The notes under the pieces are model-generated. The model saw only the letters and a list, made by a program, of their open reading frames with translations, made no database searches and was not told where the DNA came from. Below, piece by piece: positions 17,679 through 27,307 of a DNA stretch of 64,000 nt. Origin of the DNA: a virus; IMG/VR virus record IMGVR_UViG_3300028920_000050, positions 37,395 to 101,394 of that record; one strand, written 5' to 3'. Every line of letters starts with the position of its first letter. Within the stretch, counting starts at the first letter, position 1. The position numbers and the translations under genes are program-made.

Positions 17679-18679
17679 TATGACGTGTATTCTGGAAGAT
17701 CAATAAACTCGGCTTCAAGCGTTCCTTTCGGTATCTTAAACTTCTTTTCATACCGACCGATCTTCAATATATAATACACATCTTCTCCGGTGTCTGCTGT
17801 CATGGTATCTGTTTCAATAAGATCCACTTCAGCTACTCCATCCCCGTCAAGATCAAGAACAAAGTCCTTGTCCCTTCTGACCTGGGCATTTCCATACCAT
17901 GCCCACTCACGATTAATGTAAACCAGTGACTCTTTTTCTGCGTAGTTCTCACCAAGCATGTTTACAATATCAAAGCGCACCTTACAGGTTTCCTTTTCCT
18001 TGGGAGTAATACCTACACTTACCTTCCTTACGTAGAATGGAAGAATAAAAGCAGTTTCGTCACCACCCGCCTCTGGTATTAAATATACTTTGTCGTAATA
18101 AAGCTTGGCGAGAGTAATAGCATTTGCAAGCTGATACCCGAACCTCCCTGTTATAGATCCATGAGGAGTTATTGATGTTATTGTTTCAAGGGGAACACCG
18201 ACACCATAGTCCTTTTTAGCTTCATCAATGTCATCATATATTTCAACTCTGACAACACTATCAGGATTTAAGGCTATTTTATTTTTAAAGAACTGGGCAG
18301 AAAGTACAAGCGGAGTATCCTGTACAGTAAGATCAAAACGATCTACACCAGTACCAAGTAACTCATATATAGTATCGAGTTCTTCATTTATATCAATCTC
18401 ATCATATCCAAAGTAATCCTCCCCGTCTTTTTGGGAAGTATACTTAACTTTGTACTGTGCTGCACCTAAAGGCGGAGTCCAGTTATAAAAATACTCTCCG
18501 TCAACATCTTCATTCATACCGTCAACAGAAAGTATTAACTCTACAGTATCATCCCCATTCATACGATAGAGATCCAATTTCGGATAATTTGCCGGCTGAT
18601 CTACAATTTTACTATCGTGCCCTATAGTGAAAGCATGAAGCGTAATACGTTTTCCTGCTGTAGCTCTTATCCTTGCCAT
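17678..18679 (-). CDS. Acidic putative virion protein (beta-sandwich domains)
   Basis: Start MARIRAT coupled by TAATG to the LamG gene; located in the fibre module. Confidence 0.65.
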   Translation of the reverse strand: MARIRATAGKRITLHAFTIGHDSKIVDQPANYPKLDLYRMNGDDTVELILSVDGMNEDVDGEYFYNWTPPLGAAQYKVKYTSQKDGEDYFGYDEIDINEELDTIYELLGTGVDRFDLTVQDTPLVLSAQFFKNKIALNPDSVVRVEIYDDIDEAKKDYGVGVPLETITSITPHGSITGRFGYQLANAITLAKLYYDKVYLIPEAGGDETAFILPFYVRKVSVGITPKEKETCKVRFDIVNMLGENYAEKESLVYINREWAWYGNAQVRRDKDFVLDLDGDGVAEVDLIETDTMTADTGEDVYYILKIGRYEKKFKIPKGTLEAEFIDLPEYTS

Positions 18680-19365
18680 TAAGCTGCCCTCCTCCTGTAT
18701 CCTAAACACAAATCTCCCGAATCATCAAACTCAGGAGTACCCGATATAAAATCAGCATCATTATCAGCGTCAGTTATATCAGTTACCAAATTACTTGTTA
18801 TTACAGTCCCCGGTTCTCTTTCAAAAAAAGTCCACCGTAAAATATTACTTAAAACATTTCCGTCTCGTCCCCTAGCGGTATACATTAATTCAATTTCCTC
18901 TACAGGTAAAACACGGGAATAACAACGAGGATCACCATATACACCTGTAAATGTATTTCCTGTTTCTCCTAAATGAAAACCATCATCCGTACTAAACGTA
19001 ATACTTGTACTGTTAGTAGCTACCTCAACAGCATTTACATACATACGCACAGTACTTCCATCCCAAGTAAGAGTAATAAAAATTGGATCAAGTGCTGACG
19101 TTAAAACATCTACTTCCCGACAATGATGTGTACTACCTGTACTATCCTGAAAAAAACCGTCAAGCCTATCACTACTACCTGCTTCCTCTCGTATCTGTGC
19201 TATAGGATAAGGTGATCCTGTCCACAAACACATACGAAGATTTCCAGTAGTAAAATCCTGATCGGGTATAAGCCAAAAAGAAATAGAGCAAGTATTACTT
19301 CCGCTTATACCTAAAGCAGAAGAAGTACGGATACGATCTCCCGTTGAAATAATACAGGCTGACAT
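18679..19365 (-). CDS. LamG / concanavalin A-like lectin domain protein
   Basis: SISFW, ITLTWDGSTVRMYVN, FTGVYGDPRCYSRVL. Confidence 0.85.
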   Translation of the reverse strand: MSACIISTGDRIRTSSALGISGSNTCSISFWLIPDQDFTTGNLRMCLWTGSPYPIAQIREEAGSSDRLDGFFQDSTGSTHHCREVDVLTSALDPIFITLTWDGSTVRMYVNAVEVATNSTSITFSTDDGFHLGETGNTFTGVYGDPRCYSRVLPVEEIELMYTARGRDGNVLSNILRWTFFEREPGTVITSNLVTDITDADNDADFISGTPEFDDSGDLCLGYRRRAA

Positions 19366-22019
19366 TATAAGTCCCCCGTATTTGTAAAGAATACTTCGAC
19401 CCCGGCAAACTTTACATTATAAGAAAAAGTATTACTGCCATTATCATGATCCCGTACCAAACAAAACTGAGCCTTATTTCCTGCTACCAACGTAGAAGAA
19501 AAATCATCAAAATTAATCTTACCAAAAGTATCACTTTCAAGATTTACAACCTGCCAAGCAAGACTTGAAGGAAGTGTTATTACACCTACAGTTAAAGCAC
19601 TCGTCCATGCCGACCATGTTCCATTATGAGCCTTTTGTCTCATATATAATTGAAATACAAAGTTTCCACCTGTTCCACCCCCGCCATTGGCATTTTTAAC
19701 TTCAACCCGCATTACCATAGCATTTGAGTTTTCATGTACCGGGACAGTAAAACCTATCGCTTCACTTTCAGTATTCCTAAATCGTGCAACTTTTACTGCA
19801 AAGTCATCACCGTCCGCAATAACACCTACGGGATTATTTACCGCCCAATCATTTACATTACACGGCTCCATTTGATCCGGCTGAAAATAATATCGCCTTG
19901 CACTTGCCCCCGCACCTATAGGAGTTAAAGAAATATCATCCCACCACATTTCATGGCTTGTAGTCATATTTGTCAAAATACGAAGCGTAAGTGAAGTATG
20001 CTCTCGACTATCATAATAAGTTTCTGCTGTCTGCCATTGATCAAGAACTGAATTAGAGGTATTTATTGTAAACTCACCATCACTATCGTTAAGATCAAGG
20101 GCTGAAGTTGCAGGTACTTCCCCTGTTTTTTTATAAAACCAAATCTTAATTCTGTACCTAGTATATGGCTGTACTGAAATTGTACAGTTCAAAGTCTGTA
20201 CTGAACCATTCCCCGTATGCTTCATAGACCATGTACCTATATTAGACCTGTCATTCACCCGTGTATATGAACTATGCTGTGTCCATCCGTCAGCAGATAT
20301 ACCTGTGCCTGCTTCAAAAGATGGATTGCCTATTATATTCTCAGGACTATAAGCAGGATCATGATAATGATAAGGGTCGGCAGATACTCCATTGAGTATT
20401 GACAATGGAACCCATGCTCCGCCATAATAAATAACCGGATAACCTAGTGTAGTATCATTTACTATAAACCCTGCTTTAGGAGCATTTATCTGACCTCTTT
20501 GTGTAGTTGTAAGCTGTGGAGGTTGATCCATAACGGTATTTGTACCGTTGTCTACTATATCATCTGCAAAATTACCGTAAAGTACATTACCTGTTGATCC
20601 AGATGCTATATTAATCTCATCAACAAGATGTCCCTGTATATAGTTGCCAGCAATAACGCAGTTATCAGCACCATCAATTTCTATACCATAGTCACTCGTA
20701 CCTGTTATGTGATTATTACATATAACTGAATTATTGCAGGCAGCAGAAAGTGTTATACCGTTAGTTTCGTTCGTTCCTATAGTATTATTTACTATTTCAA
20801 GATTGGCCCCCGTTCCATCTATCCCTTGTGAGGCATTATTAGTTATAGTACACCCACGTATCTTTACCCCTGCCCCTACATCACATCCTTTGTTATCATT
20901 ACTGTTTATTGTGCATCCTATTAAAGATATACGTACAGCACCATCAACTACTTCAACACCATCCCCGTCATTAAAAAGAGAATGACACATATTAAGTGTA
21001 AGGTCAGCACATGTTGCTCTTATGTTGTAACCACTTGTTCCATTACTATGGCTTATAGCAGACACAACCCGTATAGCACTTGATTCTGCAAAACGAAAAC
21101 CACCTGTTGTGCAGTTTTCTGCATAACAATTATCATCAATAGATCCGCTATGACTATCTACAATATTGAAACCGTTGGCTCCTGTGTTTCTCATAGCACA
21201 ATGACTTAAACTAAAATTACAGCAGTCCCGGATCTCAATCCCGTTATCCGAACTATTACTGACATCTACATTCTCAAGCTTAAGACCAACTACTCCACGA
21301 ATAAGCACAGCTTCAAGGACAGAGTTTATAACTGTTACATTTTCTATCTTAACTCCAGTGTACATAGGACGACTGTACATACTCTGTCCAGAAATATTAT
21401 CTCCTTTCCAGTTATATTTAATGTTAAGAAGTAGGTCAGTTGGTATAGTGTCAATCTCAACGTATGCTGACCCAAGTAGAATGTAGTCACCAGGACTTAG
21501 GTTTGTAAAAGAAGTACCAACTCCATTTACAATAGTAGATCCGCTGTTTACAGAAACTGTACCTGCGGTTTCAGGAGATATACCTGAAGAACATAGTATG
21601 TGATAAGATGCATTATTAAAATCAATAATGGTTCCTTTCTCACATATAAGCTGTCCTCCATCGGGTATTACTACATCAGCTGTTTCTGTGTAAGTTGATT
21701 TGCGTACAAATACAGTTTTATGTCCTGCGGTATATGCAGCAGCTACTGAGGTGTAATGCCCTGCCTGTCCAGCAGGTGCTACAATAGCATCATAGCCTAT
21801 ACGAAGAGATCTCTCTGTAACGAACTTTGTCCAATCGTTGTCTCCATTTCCGTATTTAAGCCATGCTAATGCTTCTGCTTCAGAGGTATCAAGTACAACA
21901 ACACCTTTTACAGCTGATTGCCCCATAGGGGTAGAGGTATCCTCGTTAAAGACACCCGCTTTATCATTGAAAGATATGCCCCTCTTAAAATGAGAAGCTC
22001 GTCCTACATTAAAAGACAC
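19365..22019 (-). CDS. Tailspike-like protein: right-handed beta-helix plus carbohydrate-binding module
   Basis: Repeated N/G/I parallel beta-helix rungs; NIIGNPSFE CBM4/9-like start. Confidence 0.8.
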   Translation of the reverse strand: MSFNVGRASHFKRGISFNDKAGVFNEDTSTPMGQSAVKGVVVLDTSEAEALAWLKYGNGDNDWTKFVTERSLRIGYDAIVAPAGQAGHYTSVAAAYTAGHKTVFVRKSTYTETADVVIPDGGQLICEKGTIIDFNNASYHILCSSGISPETAGTVSVNSGSTIVNGVGTSFTNLSPGDYILLGSAYVEIDTIPTDLLLNIKYNWKGDNISGQSMYSRPMYTGVKIENVTVINSVLEAVLIRGVVGLKLENVDVSNSSDNGIEIRDCCNFSLSHCAMRNTGANGFNIVDSHSGSIDDNCYAENCTTGGFRFAESSAIRVVSAISHSNGTSGYNIRATCADLTLNMCHSLFNDGDGVEVVDGAVRISLIGCTINSNDNKGCDVGAGVKIRGCTITNNASQGIDGTGANLEIVNNTIGTNETNGITLSAACNNSVICNNHITGTSDYGIEIDGADNCVIAGNYIQGHLVDEINIASGSTGNVLYGNFADDIVDNGTNTVMDQPPQLTTTQRGQINAPKAGFIVNDTTLGYPVIYYGGAWVPLSILNGVSADPYHYHDPAYSPENIIGNPSFEAGTGISADGWTQHSSYTRVNDRSNIGTWSMKHTGNGSVQTLNCTISVQPYTRYRIKIWFYKKTGEVPATSALDLNDSDGEFTINTSNSVLDQWQTAETYYDSREHTSLTLRILTNMTTSHEMWWDDISLTPIGAGASARRYYFQPDQMEPCNVNDWAVNNPVGVIADGDDFAVKVARFRNTESEAIGFTVPVHENSNAMVMRVEVKNANGGGGTGGNFVFQLYMRQKAHNGTWSAWTSALTVGVITLPSSLAWQVVNLESDTFGKINFDDFSSTLVAGNKAQFCLVRDHDNGSNTFSYNVKFAGVEVFFTNTGDL

Positions 22020-22030
22020 TTGCTAACTCC

Positions 22031-23830
22031 TTACAGTACTTTCCTCCGCACAATACGCACCCCGGCATTTACGTCAGACGTAAGCTTAAGCCGTAAGTCA
22101 TTACCATTCTTGTCTGCATCAATAACTACATTTGGAGGAGTTCCGATATCTTCCCAGTTATCATCAGAAAGATCCACTGTAACAGAATCTTTATGTGCAA
22201 GACAAGTTATCTCAGCAGCAGTCGCATCTGTGTCATCAGCAGTAGACCATACTGTTATATCCCACTTGTAACGATGAATGGCACTAAGAGTAATAGTATC
22301 AACAACCTTCTCTACAGTAGCAGCCAGGGTATCATTAATCTCAATACCAAGTCTATCAACTACATTAAGAAGATCCTGAATGTTCTGTTTAATATCTTCG
22401 TTGTCCGTAATACGTTTAGGGATCTCAGTACTGTTCTCTTGAGTATAAGTACCCATATGAATATTACTCTGAGCATAATTGGCAGTTCCTGTAAGAATAG
22501 ATCCTATGTTATCTATATTGCCGTCAAGTTTAGCAATACAGGTCTCAAGATCATCACTTGCCAGTATGTTCCCCGCACTTGCTGCATACCCGACAGATAG
22601 TCGCACAGCCTGGGCAGCCGCAATAAGTATGCGAATAAGAAATACAAGGTCAGACCCATTGTGCCTTATAACAGTAACTGTCTCTGATGTATCTGGATCA
22701 GAAGTGAGATCGAACTGTACAAAGAATACATCATTCTCTACAAGCTGATCTACTCCTGCGGTAGTTACTTTTAAAGTACCAGCGTCATCATATACCCTGA
22801 ATACTTTATGAGTGTCAGTACCATTATCACGTGATACCAGAAGGTCTCCATCTGAAAAGAAACCAATAGGTAATTGTGTAGGTGCGGCATCATCATCAAA
22901 ATAACCAACCTGAGATCCTGCATCAAGAATACTTGCAAGGGTAGTACCATTACTTGCTGCTCTTAGTGAAGCGTCATCTGTCATGACTACAGGTGTTTCT
23001 TTATACCAATTCATACCTGTAGTGAGTGCCGCAATATTATCAACATTGGTTTTCATCTGACCATCAAGGTCACTCAGATTTTTAAGCAGTTGCTCCGCTT
23101 TACTCCAATAGTTCTCATTCGTAACTACACTATCGGGTCCGATTGCACTATCAAGATCATCAATGTGTTTACGTATCGCTTCGGTATTTACAAGTTGATT
23201 ATTAGATCTTACCTGCGGTGTTACAACGGCTCCTACTTTTGTATCAAGCTTTCCAATGGCAGCTTCAAGATCATCACTGTTTGCCACTACAAATGTAGAT
23301 GAGTAAGACGGCAATTCATTTCCAACCGCCCCCTTCCCGATAAAAGCGTTAACGTAAGGAACATCTGCATCCAGTTTTCCGATTGCAGTTACAAGACTAT
23401 CGTTGTCTGCTACTACATTAGTGTTATCATAGTCGGGCATACTATTGCCGGCAGACTTGCCCATGAAAGAAAGAGAATACCCTGCTTCAGCATCAAGCTT
23501 ACCACAAGCCTCTTCAAGGCTATCTCCGTCAGTAATTATATTCTCTGATGTATAATCAGGAATATCACTTCCAGCTGATTTACCCATAAAAGTGTTCTGG
23601 TAACCATCCTCAAGTGATCCGCTACCAGAAGATACCTTTACCCAATCAGTATTTCCTGCTCCTGTCTTTCTCCACTTCTCAGCAGTGCCTCCGTTGTTTC
23701 TCCATAACTCAGATCCTATGTTGGCGGCATACCCACCGCCTGCACTCGGATCAATATCGTCTGGAATTAATGACGGACCGTTTCTAATCTCAAGACCAGC
23801 TGCACCTATTTTTGATTTTGTTGAAGGCAT
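22031..23830 (-). CDS. Fibrous virion protein with 'D-x-L-x-x-A-I-G-K-L-D' repeats
   Basis: Three tandem ~42 aa repeats plus degenerate copies; C-terminal domain similar to 23842..24237. Confidence 0.75.
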   Translation of the reverse strand: MPSTKSKIGAAGLEIRNGPSLIPDDIDPSAGGGYAANIGSELWRNNGGTAEKWRKTGAGNTDWVKVSSGSGSLEDGYQNTFMGKSAGSDIPDYTSENIITDGDSLEEACGKLDAEAGYSLSFMGKSAGNSMPDYDNTNVVADNDSLVTAIGKLDADVPYVNAFIGKGAVGNELPSYSSTFVVANSDDLEAAIGKLDTKVGAVVTPQVRSNNQLVNTEAIRKHIDDLDSAIGPDSVVTNENYWSKAEQLLKNLSDLDGQMKTNVDNIAALTTGMNWYKETPVVMTDDASLRAASNGTTLASILDAGSQVGYFDDDAAPTQLPIGFFSDGDLLVSRDNGTDTHKVFRVYDDAGTLKVTTAGVDQLVENDVFFVQFDLTSDPDTSETVTVIRHNGSDLVFLIRILIAAAQAVRLSVGYAASAGNILASDDLETCIAKLDGNIDNIGSILTGTANYAQSNIHMGTYTQENSTEIPKRITDNEDIKQNIQDLLNVVDRLGIEINDTLAATVEKVVDTITLSAIHRYKWDITVWSTADDTDATAAEITCLAHKDSVTVDLSDDNWEDIGTPPNVVIDADKNGNDLRLKLTSDVNAGVRIVRRKVL

Positions 23831-23841
23831 ATTAAATCTCC

Positions 23842-24237
23842 TTAAATAAAGTTACGCACCACCTTACAGGTGATCGTATGTATTTCATTATTCTGTACAT
23901 ACAAGTTTATGTATGTGCCATCAAATGTTATATTTATAACGTGCGGAATCTCTGGTCCTACAATATCCCAAGTTTGATAATCGGGATTGGTTGCATCTAC
24001 ATGTGCTACTACTAATTTGTATTGCAGATATTTTTTAAGTGTTGGATCTTCAATATAGACCCACCACTCTACTGACTTATTGAGAGCGACTTCAAACTTA
24101 TCGACAAGAGAGTTTACAGAAGCATTTATATTTACTTCAGACTTCTGACTTACCTCCTCCTCGATCTGTTCTTCAATATATTCCTCAAGTCCGTCAATAT
24201 GTTCGGGAGGTATTTTACCAGTTAGTATAATAGCCAT
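23842..24237 (-). CDS. Small virion protein, paralogous to C-terminal domain of 22031..23830
   Basis: VD.F/I...W.V/I......AH........W..G...VI...DG/NG..L.......K/R.VR pattern in both. Confidence 0.65.
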   Translation of the reverse strand: MAIILTGKIPPEHIDGLEEYIEEQIEEEVSQKSEVNINASVNSLVDKFEVALNKSVEWWVYIEDPTLKKYLQYKLVVAHVDATNPDYQTWDIVGPEIPHVINITFDGTYINLYVQNNEIHTITCKVVRNFI

Positions 24238-24839
24238 TAAAAACTAACCCTCCGCATCCAGCTTCTCCAGAAGATCTCCTGACTAGGATCTTTCTTTATG
24301 ATCTTCTTATATCGTATATATTGTTCCCCGTTTAGAGCCTTCATAAGTGGCCCCTCGTCCCTTGGAAGAAGCATATTGGCTGCATTTAGTGTTTTCATCC
24401 CTATTTTACCATCTACAACCAAATCTGCGTAGAGTCTGCTGTCATTGTTCCTATTAAGTGTATTTAGGGCCTCCTGAAGCACTCTGACGGCCCCTGAGAT
24501 CCCGCAATTCACTCCTGTATCAAATAACTCGTGCTGGACCTTCTCAGAGGCAACAGAGCTTAATCTGAGGGCTTCCCAATATTCCTTGTCATAAAAGGCT
24601 TCTATCTTCTTTCTAAGGAACTGGTGCTTATCGAGAACTTTACTGAACTCTTTCCATTCAGCTTTTGTCGTAAGCTTCCGCCCGTCCTTGAGCATATCAA
24701 TAGTTTTCCACCCTTCCCAGGATGGGTGCTTCTTCCGGGCAATCCCGCAGTATGTTTCGCCCCCACGATCTTTCTTGTGGTTACAGTAGCCACCTTCAAA
24801 CTTCTCGACTACTTCACCAATAATATCCTGTTTAGTCAT
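24237..24839 (-). CDS. Endolysin, glycoside hydrolase family 108 with peptidoglycan-binding domain
   Basis: EGGYxNHxxDRGGETxxGI, FDTGVNCG, LVVDGKIGxKT; AGGAG SD supports start MTKQD at 24839. Confidence 0.9.
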   Translation of the reverse strand: MTKQDIIGEVVEKFEGGYCNHKKDRGGETYCGIARKKHPSWEGWKTIDMLKDGRKLTTKAEWKEFSKVLDKHQFLRKKIEAFYDKEYWEALRLSSVASEKVQHELFDTGVNCGISGAVRVLQEALNTLNRNNDSRLYADLVVDGKIGMKTLNAANMLLPRDEGPLMKALNGEQYIRYKKIIKKDPSQEIFWRSWMRRVSF

Positions 24840-24886
24840 CTTCTTTCTCCTATTGAATAGTTTTGAAAGAAACATAACGTACACCT

Positions 24887-25330
24887 TTATTTTGAAAATA
24901 GTTTCAACAGTAATGTAAAAAATAAACCTACGGTAGCTCCTGAACCTATAGCAAGTCCAACGAGTTTCCATATTGATAAAGATACTTTCTCAAGTTTTCC
25001 TTCTGCGATAGAAACACGTTTGTCAATCTCTTTTCCGTATTTCTTCTCAGACTCCTTGAAGTCGATTAACTCTTTAGCTTGATTTGCAATCTCCTGTTCT
25101 ATCTTTATAATTTTATCGTGATCCTTCTGCCAGTTATCCTTAAGTTCTGTCATTGTATTCTCAAGACGACTTATATCATTTTTAATATTTGTATAATTAT
25201 GTTTTACTAAAGTAGCTACAGATCCTATATCCTTGCTCAGCGACCCTGTGACAGATTTTATATTTTCTCTGATGCCCTCAAACGCTGATTTGAGCATCTC
25301 ATCCATGACAACTTTAACTTCATCAGGCAA
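24887..25330 (-). CDS. Coiled-coil protein with C-terminal TM helix (holin/XhlA-like lysis accessory)
   Basis: Heptad-rich body, C-terminal IWKLVGLAIGSGATVGLFFTLLL; adjacent to endolysin. Confidence 0.6.
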   Translation of the reverse strand: MPDEVKVVMDEMLKSAFEGIRENIKSVTGSLSKDIGSVATLVKHNYTNIKNDISRLENTMTELKDNWQKDHDKIIKIEQEIANQAKELIDFKESEKKYGKEIDKRVSIAEGKLEKVSLSIWKLVGLAIGSGATVGLFFTLLLKLFSK

Positions 25331-25342
25331 TTTAATTCCCTC

Positions 25343-26266
25343 CTAAATAAGTAGCTCCGGTAAAAAGCTATTCGCCCACTGCTCTCCTATTATCTTGTAG
25401 GTTTGAAGATATTTGTTTTTAACTTTATCGAGATCCATCAGTTTATTCGGTATTCTCCCGTCTACCCTGAAAACATTAAGACCAAGTTCCTCTGCATCAT
25501 TAACCTGTTCCCATATAGCCTGCTCACGTGCTATCGGTAAGAAGTTTTTTATCTGACGTATAAACCCTTGTCTCTCTTCTGTTCCAAGATTAGTATAGCC
25601 ACACCCACAGGAGAGTATAAAATAATTAGATCCTGCTTTAAGCCTTCTGGTTTCTATGTAAGCTTGCATAAGTGTACAACTTTGTGTACCACATCCGCCA
25701 TCTGTCCATATACCACCCTCTTTATCTCCGGACTTAAGAACATCTTTTTTGTCCTCAAAGTACCCAAAATAAGTCGGCGCTGAATATGTTGCCATAACAG
25801 GAAAGGCAGTAATAATATCTTTATACTTTTTCTTATAAGATTTAAAAAAATGAGTAAGCTTAGAGTCCTTCATATTAATTCCAGTAACAACAAGCTTTAT
25901 CTTTGCTTTATTCATAGGAAAATGAAGATACTTTAACATAAGAGCATCAGCGTACCCACGCTTGTACCTAGATCCTGTAAACCATGTTGCAGGATTAAAA
26001 AGCCCAAGAAATCTCTTCTTAAATATCTTTTTAAGTTCCTTAAGATACATATCTAAGATCTTTGATGCAGGCATACCCGAAGCAATAAGAGCAGCGGTTA
26101 TTCCTCCGGTAGATGTGCCTATAACCAGATCAAATATCTTGTGACATGGTTTACCCAGTGCTTTTTCAAGTCTTGAAAGAAAAGCAAGAAACATTACACC
26201 CTTCGCCCCGCCACCGTCAAGCTGAAGTACTTTTAACTTTTTATTATATTTAGATTTTAATTTCAT
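25343..26266 (-). CDS. Patatin-like phospholipase
   Basis: LDGGGAKG oxyanion motif, GTSTG nucleophile, SAPTYF, DGG catalytic Asp. Confidence 0.93.
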   Translation of the reverse strand: MKLKSKYNKKLKVLQLDGGGAKGVMFLAFLSRLEKALGKPCHKIFDLVIGTSTGGITAALIASGMPASKILDMYLKELKKIFKKRFLGLFNPATWFTGSRYKRGYADALMLKYLHFPMNKAKIKLVVTGINMKDSKLTHFFKSYKKKYKDIITAFPVMATYSAPTYFGYFEDKKDVLKSGDKEGGIWTDGGCGTQSCTLMQAYIETRRLKAGSNYFILSCGCGYTNLGTEERQGFIRQIKNFLPIAREQAIWEQVNDAEELGLNVFRVDGRIPNKLMDLDKVKNKYLQTYKIIGEQWANSFLPELLI

Positions 26267-26297
26267 TCTTTACTCCTTAAATGTAAGATCTTACATT

Positions 26298-26936
26298 TTA
26301 ATAATATATTGTATTAAGATCATGAATACTACTGCCACCCCCTGCCTGTCCTATTGCCATGTCTGCTGCACGCACAACAAGATCAGCTTGCGTATAAGAA
26401 GAGCCTTTGTACACACTTCCATTTCTTGCTATATGTATGTACGAATTATTTCCATTGAAAGCAGTTATAAATGCAGAACGGATATAAGCAAGTGGAAGCT
26501 TTCCTTGTGATCCATAAAAAGTTATCCACTGTATACCATCAAACTCTGCTCCCGCAAAAGTATCCCAATTACGGGGAGAAGGATGTGTCATACTAGGTCC
26601 AGGACTAAAAAAGAAATTGGTAGGATAAGGCCCACCACCCGAATAACCTGGACCAGTAAATGTTAACATTCCTACACTTGTTCCTGCATGCCACTCTTCA
26701 TTCATCTGTATAGGTGTGTTCCCTCTATAAAAATAAGAAGCTCCACTTGATGAAGTTGCAGGCTTAAAACTACTTTGTGTATTATTAGCCTGTGATGGAC
26801 TATTAACCAGATCCTGTATTGCTACTGAATAACCTTCAGGTGGGCTATAGTTACCTATACGAAGTGCGTTATAAAATCCAAAAGACGGAAGGATCACATA
26901 ACTCTCCTTAATTAGAGTCCATGAGTGAACAGGCAC
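26298..26936 (-). CDS. Putative tail fibre-associated protein
   Basis: G/S-rich 212 aa ORF downstream of the tail fibre. Confidence 0.6.
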   Translation of the reverse strand: MPVHSWTLIKESYVILPSFGFYNALRIGNYSPPEGYSVAIQDLVNSPSQANNTQSSFKPATSSSGASYFYRGNTPIQMNEEWHAGTSVGMLTFTGPGYSGGGPYPTNFFFSPGPSMTHPSPRNWDTFAGAEFDGIQWITFYGSQGKLPLAYIRSAFITAFNGNNSYIHIARNGSVYKGSSYTQADLVVRAADMAIGQAGGGSSIHDLNTIYY

Positions 26937-27294
26937 AATAGAGTGTCGTACCCATTCTTATTATTGTTAAACTAAATAACTCTCCGTTACCTATGTTGTT
27001 AGCGATATTCCTCACCTTACCTCCCGCCCATACTACTGAAGCAACTTGACTGGCAGAGTAAAGGTCAAGATTAGTCCCGCCGGCATCATTACTGTTTTTA
27101 CAACTAAGACTGAACGTAGTGGGCTTATTCATTATAAGCATATAAGGCACACCCTCTTCAGGACAGTATACAAAGTAAGTACCATTACCATAGTCCGTTT
27201 TTACATGTGGCTTGTCTTTATCAAGAGCAGTGGCTGCTCCTGTTAAAGTTGAAATAGCAGTAGTTATACCACCAGAAGGATCTATATTTTTCAT
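26908..27294 (-). CDS. Putative tail fibre-associated protein
   Basis: 128 aa, AAGGAG SD, fibre module. Confidence 0.6.
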   Translation of the reverse strand: MKNIDPSGGITTAISTLTGAATALDKDKPHVKTDYGNGTYFVYCPEEGVPYMLIMNKPTTFSLSCKNSNDAGGTNLDLYSASQVASVVWAGGKVRNIANNIGNGELFSLTIIRMGTTLYCACSLMDSN

Positions 27295-27307
27295 TTAATT
27301 CTCCTTA

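Noticed and set aside
25343-26266. Patatin as part of a CBASS defence system
   Set aside because: No CD-NTase or Cap2/Cap3 genes nearby; context is the lysis cassette
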